From NCBI GenBank assembly GCA_951406725.2, contig OX597836.1, positions 12,276,001 to 12,340,000 of the forward strand: a stretch of DNA of 64,000 nt, written 5' to 3'. Within the stretch, counting starts at the first letter, position 1. The number at the start of each line of letters is the position of its first letter. The translations under genes and the position numbers were made by a program. A model generated the notes under the pieces. That model worked only from the letters and a program-made list of their open reading frames with translations, ran no database searches and was not told where the DNA came from. The DNA comes from Octopus vulgaris (Eukaryota). Shown here in pieces: positions 12,549 to 24,498 of this stretch.

Positions 12549-12792
12549 CATATACATGTATATACATATATGTACACACATGTATACACAAAAACAATAT
12601 AAGCACATGTGTGTGTATATATACATGTGTGTATATATATACATACACATACATGTACATATACACACAATATAAGCACGTGTGTATATATATATATATA
12701 CACACATGTATATATACACACACATGTGCTTATATTGTTTTTGTGTATATATGTGTGTGTGTGTGCATATATGTATATACATGTATATGTAT
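12546..12792. repeat. Inverted repeat with ~95-bp arms and a ~50-bp spacer
   Basis: Left core acacaaaaacaatataagcacatgtgtg; right core cacacatgtgcttatattgtttttgtgt. Confidence 0.9.
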
Positions 12793-13224
12793 ACATGTTT
12801 ATATGTATAGTTATGCATATATATATATATATGTATATATATATTTGTAAGTGTACATGCATGTTTATGCATATTTGTGTGTATGTGTGTGTGTATTCAT
12901 GTGTGTTCAAATGTTAAAGCAAGTTGTTGGCCAATGTCCAGAATGCCCAGCAGCGATACTGGACAAAACAAGGTGGGAGTCTAGAAGCAGGTGAAATCTA
13001 TAGAAACCTTATCCAAGAGACAATATATCAATGGTTCCAACACATTTTCCCCATCTTCTGTAACAACCAATTTAAAATGGTGGTTTTGATAGGGGGCGAG
13101 GGAGTGCTGTGAGATAGAAAAAGAGGGCAAAAGAGTGGGAGACAGAGAGACTAAAAGAAGTTTCTTTTGGTTTCTAATGTAAATATCAATTGAAGGTCTT
13201 GCTAGTTGTATTATCCGTTATCCT

Positions 13225-13261
13225 TTGCTGAGGAGGTCTAATAACACTGAAACATATCCAC
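13225..13261 (+). ncRNA. Degenerate minimal hammerhead ribozyme-like motif
   Basis: tg-CTGAGGA-GGT ctaataac ACT-GAAA-CATATC-ca. Confidence 0.35.
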
Positions 13262-13535
13262 CAATGTTGCCATAGCAACCAAAGATCAAACTCACATGCT
13301 GTGTCCCATGATGCATGTCTTCCGTTTAATTTTGGGTTAGATGGTGATTGGGGATGTCTTGAGTTCTCTCCCTTGTATCTTTTGAGAATAATTTTCATTA
13401 ATCCTGATGAGCTTTTCTCTTCATTGTGATGTTAATTTGAATTAGCCAAAAACTTTTTTCATTTCATCTCATTAAGTATTCTAGCATGCACTTGACTATG
13501 TATTCTTCATGCAGAAATTACCCAGGTAAAATTAT

Positions 13536-13756
13536 TTTGAGTGAGATGGACTACTCGACCTGAAAAAAATTCTAACTGGGCCCCACCTGCTAGGTCATGC
13601 GCTGTTTATCTTGATAGGAGATCACCATGTCCGAAGATATGGTTGTGATGCATGTACCTGGTGTACCTTTATCAGACGGGTAGTCATGAATGGTATATTG
13701 GGCTTCGTATATTTTACCCCAGTGTCACTTGGATGGCATGCACTGCTCTCTCACTC
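13536..13756 (+). mobile_element. 5'-truncated copy of the (TAA)n-associated non-coding retroelement
   Basis: Colinear with 24277-24498; ends ctctctcactc followed by (AAT)n. Confidence 0.85.
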
Positions 13757-13793
<37 letters not shown>

Positions 13794-14103
13794 GTCATAA
13801 TAATAGTTACAATAGATTTTTGATTTGATAATAAAACATCATCAGGTCTTTCCGTTATATTGCATGGCCTCAGATAATATGAAGAATATGGCAGAAATTA
13901 TAAACAAAATATATAACTTTGTGTGTATGTGTAACATAGAGAGGTAGATATGATGTATATGTTTATGACTGTACTACTGTGTATTCGTATGTGTATATGT
14001 GTAAGTACATAAACTAATATATGTAGAAGATTGTGTGTTTATGTGTGTACTGGTATACGCAGATGTGCGTATATGTATTAATATGTATGTAGACTGTTGG
14101 GCT

Positions 14104-14136
<33 letters not shown>

Positions 14137-14213
14137 GGGTGTATATATATATGTGTGCAAATTTTATGTGGGTGTGTATATAAATTTGTGTATAATTTTA
14201 TTTATAAATATAC

Positions 14214-14263
<50 letters not shown>

Positions 14264-14709
14264 ATGTAGGTATGTACATATATGTATGTATATATGCATA
14301 TATTTATATATTATTTATATTATATATATATATATATATATATTCAATTATATAGATATAAATATATATACACTCGCAGAGTAATAAATATACATAACCT
14401 CTCTCTCTATGTGTGTATATATGAACCTGTATGTTTGTATATATTCATAAAAGTCTGTGTGTGTATATAAATGTGCATATACTTTGTGTGTGTGTGTGTG
14501 GAGGTGTGTCTGTGTTTCTACACTTGAATCGATATATATATATATATATGTAGATATATTCATATGTACGTACGCACACACACAAACACATACGCACAGT
14601 ATTTCTGACATTTTCATTCCTAAATTAGATTTCAAAAATTGAACCTGAAGACAAGAAAGAGAAAGAAATTAAATATGATAAATGTATCTTTTTTATATCT
14701 TTTTTTTTT

Positions 14710-15164
14710 TCAATCGTCATCATCACCATCACCACCACCACCACCATCCGACTCATCGCCATCTTCACCACCACCACCGTCATCTTCATCATTCGTCATC
14801 ATCATCATCATCATCACCTCCATTATCATTATTATTGTTGTTATTTTTATTATAACTATCGTCATCATTATCATTGTTATCATCCTCACCATTATTATTA
14901 GTTTTATCATTATTATTATTACTATCATCAACAATATCATCATCATCATTATTATTATTACTATTATCATTATTATTATATTATTATTATTATTATTATT
15001 ATTATAACTATTATCATTATTATTATTACTACTATTATCATTATTATTGTTATTATTATTATTAATTATTATTATTATTATTATTATTATTATTTTCATC
15101 AACAATATCATTATTATTATTATTTTCATCAACAATATCATTATTATTATTATTGTTATTATTA

Positions 15165-15201
<37 letters not shown>

Positions 15202-15278
15202 CATCATCAACACTATCATCATCATTATTACTATTATTATCATCATTATTATTATTATTATTATTATTACTATTATTA

Positions 15279-15312
<34 letters not shown>

Positions 15313-15390
15313 CATCGTTATTATTATTATTATCGTTATTCATTGCTTCTACCGCTGGTGTTCTTCTTCTTATTATTATTATTATTATTA
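14710..15390. repeat. (CAT)/(ATT)n trinucleotide tract
   Basis: Direct inspection; contains a 30-bp direct duplication at 15091-15150. Confidence 0.95.
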
Positions 15391-15724
15391 TTGTTGCCGT
15401 TGTTATTTGATTTTATATCTTAATTGATTTTCACGAGACTTCCTCCAACAAGATTAGTTTCCACAACCTGGTTGTATTTCATCTTCCTACTTTTATTGTT
15501 GCCAATGAAATCCAACCAAATTCCCAACAGTTCTCCAAGCACTGTAAATACCAAAAGTCAAAGCAAAATGTTAATCTAAACCTGTTTGTCTCTGCGTCTT
15601 GTCTTCTATTTTTTTTTTCTTTTTTCTTTTTTTTTTGGTTTTCGTTTCATTTCGTTTCGTTGCTTTCCTCTTCTCTTTTCTTTTCTTTTCTTTCTGTTAT
15701 AAGCTTTAGATTGACACGAGTATT

Positions 15725-16190
15725 ACTTGTTCTACTACTACTACTACTACCGGCACCGCTGCCATCGTCGGTACTACATTGCAACATTACAGCACCATCA
15801 CCGCCACTACCACTACCTCCCGTAGTACCGCCGCCACCATCGCCATAACCAACTCCACCATTGCCACCTCCACCGCAAACATTACCTCTATAAACAACAC
15901 CACTGCCACTACAACCAATACTGCCGCCACTACAATCAAACACTGCCACCGCCACCGCCGCCGCCAACATTGCACCCAAAACCAGAATTGCCACTTCCAC
16001 CTTCCAACACCACAACCAATACTACCATTGCAACCTCCGCCACCAACAACACCACCACCACTACAACCAACCCCACTGCTACTGCACCCAATACTGTTGC
16101 CACCATTGCCAACACTGCAACCAAAACCACAATTGCCACCTCCGCCATCAACACCAACATCACCACCAACACTACCATTGCAACCTCCAT
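15725..16190. repeat. Degenerate (CCA/CTA/CAA)n tract
   Basis: Direct inspection. Confidence 0.85.
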
Positions 16191-16192
16191 AC

Positions 16193-16225
<33 letters not shown>

Positions 16226-16511
16226 CAACTAGCTGGCCCTGTGCGATCAAAAATGACGGCTTATTGTAGTGTTTTAGAGTTGAAACGCTGTTTGATTTTT
16301 CCTTTTCATCGTTAAATGTTCGCCATCCCACTTCCATTACACACACACACACACATGCCTTCTTTTACATACACACGCATGTACTCACACAGAGTTGAAT
16401 CACTCCCACTACCAGTTTGCCATAACCCCTTCCTTCCTTATTCACCTATCACCCCTTCCTTTCTCATTCATATGTTGTGACGGAGAAAAACACAGAAGCA
16501 TTATTATAGTA

Positions 16512-16658
16512 GATGGGCTTGTTTCAGTTTCTGTCTACCGAATCCACCCTCGAGGCTCTGGTCAGCTCAGAGACACTTGGCCAAGAACACCGTGTAGTGG
16601 GACCGAACCGAGAACCCTGTGGTTGGGAAACAAGCTCCTTACCACACATCCACTGCCA
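16512..16658 (-). mobile_element. Family-A SINE 5' half
   Basis: gggcttgtttcagtttctgtctaccgaatccac...ccttaccacacatccac. Confidence 0.8.
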
Positions 16659-16662
16659 TGTG

Positions 16663-17060
16663 TCATCATCATCATCATCATCATCATCGTTTAACGTCCG
16701 CTTTCCATGCTGGCATGGGTTGGACGGTTCAACTGGGGTCTGGGAAGCCAGAAGGCTGCACCAGGCCCAGTCAGATCTGGCAGTGTTTCTACAGCTGCAT
16801 GCCCTTCCTAACGCCAACCACTCCGTGAGTGTAGTGGGTGCTTTTTATGTGCCACCGACACAGGTGCCAGACGAGGCTGGCGAACGGCCACGCTTGGATG
16901 GCGCTTTTTACGTGCCACCGGCATGGAGGCCAGGCGAGGCTGGCAACAGCCACGATCGGATGGTGTTTGTTACGTGCCACCAGCACGGAGGCCAGTCGAT
17001 GCGGTGCTGGCTACGGCCACGTTCGGAAGGTTCTCTTATGTGCCACCGGCACTGGTACCA
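16663..17060 (-). mobile_element. Family-B element with 4 upstream ~63-nt modules
   Basis: (CAT)n-cgtttaacgtcc tail; gtgccacc cores near 16849, 16912, 16974 and 17040. Confidence 0.85.
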
Positions 17061-18834
17061 CAAACTACAAATTCCATTGACGTGGATCGATTTTGATTTT
17101 GATTTGATTCTTTGGTTGCACAAAAAAAACGCCTGCCCCAAGACACCAACCACACAGTGGGACTGAACCTGAGACCAGATAGTCATTTGTGAAACAAGTT
17201 TCTTACTTAATCACACAGCCATTCTGTTTGTTAGCTTCTTGTTTTTAGGCCCCTTTTCGTTGGTTGTGGTTTTAATATCTCCGCCTACATTTTATCTTAA
17301 ATTTCTCCCTTTGTAATCTCGTTATTTCCACCCACCCCCCTCTCTCCCGACTTCAGATTCCATTGCAATTTAAGAAAAACATCCAAAAACACACCAAAAA
17401 CACAAATAAACTTGTACATGTACAGCTGACAGCTTTATTTTTCTAAGACTAATGTTCACAGCGTTGTCTTAACGCCGTTTGAATTGTCTATGATATATTT
17501 AAGTATACAGTGCCGAAGCAGTGAAATTAGTAACTTATCTGTCGGAGATAGTGGTATAGTAACTCAGAGAGCTATAGACAAAAAGAAAACCGTAAAACGA
17601 TAATACCTCGCTTCCAAAACGAATAAATAAATAAATAAATAGATAATAAGTAGAAGTTATAAAAAAAAAGGAAATAAAATAAAGTAAAAAGCAATTTTAT
17701 CTGCAACAACATTTTATTCAATATTTTTAACCAGCTACCATTAATATTCGGTTGTGTTTTTATTGAAAACCAGCCAAAAAGCCGTCTCTCTCTCTTCCTC
17801 TTCTGCTTTTCTACGATTCTCCCTCCTCGTCATTTCAGTCCCATTGATAAACTATCTATTTAATGCTCTCCACTTTTCATTTCTAAACGTGCAGTTTTTT
17901 TTTTGTTTTTTTTTTGTTGTTGTTGATAGAAGCGGGGTGTCTGTTTTCTGTTGGCAGCGGTGAGGGGGAGGGTGTTTTTGTTTTCTTTTTGTTTTTTGTT
18001 TTTGTTTTACACGAAAATTCTCAGAGATTTCTCTTACTACCAAACTGCAACTGGTTCGTTCTTTGAAGTACAATAGCAAAAAAAAAAAAATTACAAAAGA
18101 AATAAAAACAAAAAAAAAATGCAAAGCAAAGCAGTGCTGGAGGTATCTTCAAAAACTTAATGGTTTCGGACGTTTTGTTTCTTTTTTCTTTCTCGTTTTT
18201 TTCTTTTACCTTGCTTCCCCCCCCCTCTCCTTTTTTTTTCCAACTAATAAATTACCAAATATATATAATATGAACAGCGAAAGTCCTCGCAGACAATGGC
18301 CGATTCCATCAAACTCACTGCTTCGCTTTGATCCTCTATCGTCAAGTATATTTCCAGATAAATTTCTCTTTGAGTGTCGTTAAGCGAAATGCTATCCATC
18401 GTTTTATCTAGTAATGGCAATGATTGGCGAAAATCTGCTTTGAAACTTTTAGAAAATAGCTTCCTCTCCTAGTTTCAATTCCACTTTTTGTTTCGGTAAT
18501 TTTATGTATCACTAATGTATTTTGGGGGTCTTTGCTTTTTGGGGGTTTTTTTTTGTTTTTTTTTTTTTGCAAGTTATATATGAATGCATACATATGCATT
18601 TCATCATCGTCATCATCATCATTTACTGTCCAGGTTCTATGCTGACATGGGTACATAAAAGTATATATGTGTATATGTGCATATATATGTGTATATTGGC
18701 CTGTTCGCTTAGCCAGCGGGGTGGCGTCATTTGAAGGCTAAAGCCATGTGAAGCGCATTGTGACCAGCGATGTGTAGCAACATCTGATAGCCTGGTCGGT
18801 CACGGTGATATGTGTATATGAATATATGTTTAGT

Positions 18835-19220
18835 GTGATTGTTACCAGCGTCGCCTTACTGGCACTTGTGCCTGTGCTAGTAAGGTGCCAAGAGCACCAT
18901 CCGAGCGTGATCGTTGCCAGAGCGGCTAACTGGCTTCTGTGCCAGTGGCACGTAAAAGGCACCATTCGAGCGTGATCGTTACCAGCATCGCCTTACTGGC
19001 ACCTGTGCCAGTGGCATGTGTAAAAAGATTCAAGCGAGGTCGTTGCCAGTACCGCATGACTGGCCCTCGTACCAGTGGCACGTAAAAAGCACCCACTACA
19101 CTCTCGGAGTGGTTGGTGTTAGGAAGGGCATCTAGCTGTAGAAACTCTGCCAGATCAAGATTGGAGCCTGGTGCAGCCATCTGGTTCGCCAGCCCTCAGT
19201 CAAAATCGTCCGACCCATGC
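18835..19220 (+). mobile_element. Family-B element with about 4 modules, 3'-truncated
   Basis: Repeated gtgatcgttrccag...ctgg...gtgccagtggcacgtaaaa, followed by the ggaagggcatc tail. Confidence 0.85.
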
Positions 19221-19224
19221 GTAT

Positions 19225-19360
19225 GTATCATTGCCAATGTTCCCTTTCTCTATTCTGAAGAAGAGCAAGGCTTGAAACGTCTGATAACACAGTACTTGTA
19301 CCACATCCTTGCGTTATTGTTCTTTCTTGTTTGTTCTTCTTTGTTTGAATTCACTGTACA
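19225..19360 (+). mobile_element. Short Penelope-like terminal-repeat remnant with a minimal hammerhead core at 19255-19281
   Basis: tatt-CTGAAGA-A-GAGC aag GCTT-GAAA-CGTC; downstream pyrimidine-rich part resembles 28731-28921(-) and 60190-60330. Confidence 0.6.
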
Positions 19361-19399
19361 TTACATTAAAAATATCTTGAAATATACTAAGGAGTAAAT

Positions 19400-19540
19400 T
19401 TATTCAATAAAATCGCCATTGGCTTCAACCATGGCCTCCAGACGCCTTCGAAATCTCCTGCAACTCTTCTGGACAGTCTCCTTGTTTAAGTTGCCATAAT
19501 CCTTGCCTTCAATTCATCTTTGGTGTTACAAGGAGTTTTG
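19400..19540 (-). pseudogene. Tc1/mariner-superfamily transposase C-terminal remnant, frameshifted
   Basis: Manual translation KTPCNTKDELKARIMA / LNKETVQKSCRRFRRRLEAMVEANGDFIE*, a typical Tc1/maT-type ending (R.RLEA.VEANG..IE*). Confidence 0.8.
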
Positions 19541-19995
19541 TCAGCCCCTCACTCAATAATAGTACTGAAACCAAAACCCCCTGGTCAATGAAGAGAGCTA
19601 CTTAACCACACAAAGATCTAGCTGTTCATTTTGTAAAAAATTTTCTATTTTATTTTTTCAAAAGATGTTAGCATACCAAATGAGGGACACTTAGCTGCAA
19701 CTTTTAGCAGGTAGTATCTCCCACTTTTTTTAACACGAGGCATTTTTCACATTTGCTGATAATATAGCATACAGCAAGCACTTGGTTGTGTTTTGCCCGA
19801 CCGATGTGATGAATTCCCAAAAATTACCAAATTATGCTCCTCTTCTAAATCTAATGGCAAATAGTTTTCAATTACGTTCCAATTCTTTGCAAAATAATGC
19901 CAAATATCTTTGTTTACCATCTGTTTTTTTTTTGTTTTTTTTTTTTTATTTTTACGTTGTTCTTTTTTTTCTTCTTCCATGACTGCCAAAAGATG

Positions 19996-20028
<33 letters not shown>

Positions 20029-20242
20029 TTAATAATAATAGATAGCTTATGGAATTAAATATATCCTTTTAAAGCATTTTTAAATACTAGTTTATTTACT
20101 GCGTTAAAGTGTATGAAACTGCTAATTGCATTTAATGGCAACTCTTTAAACTTGCTTGCTAGCCTTATAGTTCAAACTATCGTTTTTCTATGTTCACTGC
20201 CCTCCCTCCCTCCCTCCCTTTATCTCTCCCTCCCTCTTTCTA

Positions 20243-20282
<40 letters not shown>

Positions 20283-20539
20283 ATTTTGGTCTTCAATGAA
20301 ATTAGGCTTTTGACATTTTCCGCAAGTGTATAATTCCTGTGCTCTTATAATGTTATCTTCTTGCGGTCTTGTTTTCACATTTCATATCCTTTTTTTGTTT
20401 TGTGTGTGTGTGTGTGTATGTTTTTGTATACGTATGTACACACACACACATATATACGCATACATATAAATATACATAAAAAAATATATATATACATAGA
20501 CATAAACACACACATATATACATATGTCAATACACCCTT

Positions 20540-20584
<45 letters not shown>

Positions 20585-20914
20585 AACACACACACACATA
20601 AGTTTCATCTTTTAACTGTTAATTTCTTCTCTTGTCTCTTATCTGCTGATGGTATTTCATAAATAGTAATCTGTAGAGGTTTCAAATACTGCTTGGAGTT
20701 TGTTTGTTTTTTTGTTTTTTGTTTGTTTTTTTTTTTAGCCTTATCTGAATATTCCTTTAAATGGTTTTCGATTCTAGTTTTCAGATTTTATTGACTTATT
20801 TATATCTACTTTTCGGCAGTTGGAAACCATACAACCACTGCCTCTTCTCACAAAATGCTTGCACACATGTGATAGAAAACTGCAATTAATTGTCCTTATT
20901 TCTCTGCTGGTATG

Positions 20915-21254
20915 GGTTGGACAGTTTGACTGGTTGGACAGTTTGACTGGTTGGACAGTTTGACTGGTTGGACATCTTGACTGGTTGGACAGCTTGGCTG
21001 GTTGGACAGCTTGGCTGGTTGGATAGCTTGACTGGTTGGACAGCTTGACTGGTTGGACAGCTTGACTGGTTGGACAGTTTGACTGGTTGGACAGTTTGAC
21101 TGGTTGGACAGCTTGGCTGGTTGGACACCTTGACTGGTTGGACAGCTTGACTGGTTGGACAGTTTGACTGGTTGGACAGCTCGACTGGTTGGACAGCTCG
21201 ACTGGTTGGACAGCTTGACTGGTTGGGCAGTTTGACTGGTTGGATAGTTTGACG
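20915..21254. repeat. 17-bp minisatellite, 20 copies (GGTTGGACAGYTTGACT)
   Basis: Exact 17-nt period over 340 bp with substitutions only. Confidence 0.95.
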
Positions 21255-21299
21255 GGAACTACTAAACCAGAGGCCTGAGCTGAAGGGTTTTAGTTGAAG

Positions 21300-21600
21300 A
21301 AATTGATCCCAGTACTTATTTGAAATCCTGTCTCTTATTCCGCTGATCTCTTTTGCCAAACTGTTGAGTTACAGGGATGTAAACAAACCAACACCGGTTG
21401 TCTTGTGGTCAAACACCAAATACACACACACACATACTCAATGGGCTTTCTCACAGCCTCCATCAACCAAATTCACTCACAAAACATCGGTGGGACTATA
21501 ATAGAAGACTGTCGCCAAGGGTGTGGTGCATTGGGACTGAACCCAAAAACCACATCACTGCAAAAGTGAACACCTTAACCACACAGTCATGTCTCCACCT
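21300..21600 (-). mobile_element. Diverged family-A SINE
   Basis: ctcttttgccaaactg...gtaaacaaaccaacaccggttgtc...gggactgaaccc. Confidence 0.75.
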
Positions 21601-21762
21601 ATATCAACACATGCATACATATGATAACGTATGCACATATGTCATATGCATACATGCACTTGTGTATACACACTTGCTTACTCATGAGCTGTGAACAGTT
21701 ATGGGAATGCAAGTATATCCACAGACAGACATACACTAAATCTCTCTATGCTCTCTCTCTCT

Positions 21763-21807
<45 letters not shown>

Positions 21808-21947
21808 GCTCTCTTTCTCTGTTCTCACCACTTCCTCCTCTCTCTGCTTTCTCTTGCTATGCTTTCTCTCTCCCCTTCCTATCACTGTGCTTCTTCTCTC
21901 TCTCTAATTCCTCTCCCTCTTTTTGTCTTTCTCTCTCCTATACATAT

Positions 21948-21992
<45 letters not shown>

Positions 21993-22047
21993 TAGATATC
22001 CCTCTCCCTGTCTCTATCTATCCCTTTCTCTCTCACACACACATACG

Positions 22048-22085
<38 letters not shown>

Positions 22086-22882
22086 CAGCTGTCGTGACTT
22101 AAAACAAGCAGAGAAAAAAAAGAATCTTAACCATTTTATTGGTGACCAACTTCAAGTCTGCAGAAAGAACTACTGAAATAAACAACCAACCACACATGTT
22201 CACACACAGACACACGCACCCAAACACACACACACACACACACACATACTAATCATAGACATTGCTAATTAGAAAATTAGAAATGCAAGTCATTAATTAG
22301 GAGTGTGAAAAATACGTGTCAAATATTGCGGAAATTTATTCTGTGGCATTCTTCTATTCTTCCACTTGTCTCAGTCATTTGACTGCGGTCATGCTGGAGC
22401 ACTGCCTTAAAAACCAGGACTCATTTCTTATACACCCACGTATATTCATATACCTGATAGCTTTTACTCTGATTATGCAAAATGAGATAATTTGCCAAAT
22501 AACATTTGTTACACTAAACTTTTGGAAATAAAAATTTTTAAAAAGCCAAAATTTTTTTTTGAGTTCCATTGGAGACAAATTTAATACTTTTAAATATCAT
22601 TGCCCTGTGTTCTGTGGGTTGAGCTTTGTAACTGCTCACCTTTCTGAATAAACGGTACTTCCTGGCTGAAAGAGCAAAGTGTCCCTGGAAGAATAACACT
22701 GACAAAGCATCCTGTTACTTCCTCATCCCTCTTGATTCAGTTCCCTTATTCCTCCTCCCCCCTTCTCTCTCTCCTACCGCTTCTGCCAGGGTAAGGTGGC
22801 CAGGCAGATCAGAAATTAATGGGAATATTATAGAGTGTCTGGTGCTCACGTATTTCTTTACTGCCCACAGGGGGCTAAACAT

Positions 22883-23183
22883 TTGTGGAGGCACATGGCC
22901 TAGTGGTTAGAGCTGCATACTCGCGGTCGAGGGATCGCGGGTTCGAATCTCAGACCGGACAATGTGTGAGTTTATGAGCGAAACACCTTAGCTCCATGTG
23001 GCTCCGGCAGAAGGTAATGGCAAACTTCTTGCTGAGTCTTTTGCCACGACTTTCTCTCACTCCTTCCTCCTGCATCTTGCAGCTCACCTGCAACGGACCG
23101 GCGTCCCGTCCAGGTGGGGAACCTTTATGCCAGGGAAACCGGGAAACCGGCTCTTATGAGCCAGGCATGGCTTGAGAAGGAAC
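22883..23183 (+). mobile_element. Full-length tRNA-derived SINE with a V-domain-like core; target-site duplication AAACAT
   Basis: A box TGGCCTAGTGG, B box GGTTCGAATC, core cctgcaacggaccggcgtcccgtccagg; AAACAT at 22877-22882 and 23184-23189. Confidence 0.85.
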
Positions 23184-23283
23184 AAACATAGAGGGGACAA
23201 GCAATGACAGACAAAAGAGATTAAGTCAATTACATCGACCCCAGTTCGTAACTGGTACTTATTTAATCGTAACTGGTACTTAT

Positions 23284-23515
23284 AAGGCGGCGAGCTGGCA
23301 GAAACGTTAGCACGCCGGGTGAAATGCTTAGCGGTATTTCGTCTGCATTACGTTGTGAGTTCAAATTCCGCCGAGGTCGACTTTGCCTTTCATCCTTTCG
23401 GGGTCGATAAATTAAGTACCAGTTACGCACTGGGGTCGAGGTAATCGACTTAATACCTATGTCTGTCCTTGTTTGTCCCCTCTGTGTTTAGCCCCTTGTG
23501 AGTAATAAAGAAATA
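23284..23515 (+). mobile_element. Full-length Meta-domain-like SINE; target-site duplication GGTACTTAT
   Basis: aaggcggcgagctggcagaa...taataaagaaata; GGTACTTAT at 23275-23283 and 23516-23524. Confidence 0.9.
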
Positions 23516-23977
23516 GGTACTTATTTAATCGACCACGAAAGAATGTAAGGCAAAGTCGACCTTGGCGGAATTTGAACTTCAGAACGTAAAGACAGATGAA
23601 ATACTGCTAAGTATTTTTCCTGCGTGCTAACGTTTCTGCCAGTTCACCGCCTTAATGACAGATAACACCAGTGTCTGGTGCTATCTAGTGCTTAATGAAC
23701 GGACAGCTCCAATCCTGTGTTTTGATCGACCTTGACCTTGCTGGCTTTGACCTTACTGACCCCTACCTTGTTTTGTGTTTGTCATTGTTCATCATCATCA
23801 TTATCGTTGTAGTCATCATTTAACATTTACTTTTCGATGCTTGCATGAGTTGGGTGGAGTTCTATTGAGGAAGATTTTCTGTGGCTGGATGCCTTTCCTG
23901 TTGCCAACCTTCACTTATTTCCAAGCAACACAACCCACACCAATGTTTTTGTGTGGTACCTTTGTTTTAGGATATTG

Positions 23978-24023
<46 letters not shown>

Positions 24024-24498
24024 GTCTTGGTATAAAAGATGGGCTAACAGCAAATATTCTGCTCAATACCACAGATTTGCTTGTCAGTTGTTTGACCTTA
24101 ACCAGTTGAGCATGTCCTTAGTGGCTGACGATATGTGCATCTCTGATCACGAGCAGAAGTAGTGGGGGAGCATCATAGCCATGTGTTGAGAGGGATTCTT
24201 TGGGGTTTCAATAATTCACCTCTGGAAACATGGGTGGTTCTTTCAACATCCTTAAACAACCCTTATTCAGGGACCGTTTGAGCGGGATGGGCTACTCAAC
24301 CTGAAGAAAATTCTAACTGGGCCCCACCTACAAGGTCATGTGCTGTTTATCTTGATATGAGATCACCATGTCGCGCACATATGGTTCTGATGCATGTGCC
24401 TGGTTTACCCTAATCAGACGGGTAGTCATGATGGGCATATTGGGCTTCGTATATTTTACCCCAGTGTCACTTTGATGGCATGAACTGCTCTCTCACTC
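24024..24498 (+). mobile_element. Longest copy (475 bp) of the (TAA)n-associated non-coding retroelement
   Basis: Precisely embedded between two (TAA)n runs; shares its 3' end with 493-659 and 13536-13756; no long ORF. Confidence 0.85.

Larger units (their letters stand above)
22850..23655 (-). mobile_element. Meta-domain-like SINE (host) split by two younger SINE insertions
   Basis: Pieces 22850-22882, 23190-23283 and 23516-23655 reassemble into one copy colinear with 37237-37470. Confidence 0.85.

Noticed and set aside
20886-21359. 157-aa repetitive ORF (QPVKLSNQSSCPTSQAV)n
   Set aside because: By-product of a 17-bp unit (not a multiple of 3) derived from a SINE tail
22886-22960. Possible tRNA gene (also 32536-32612)
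   Set aside because: Has A and B boxes but no proper acceptor stem, and continues into a SINE body; the first is flanked by a target-site duplication
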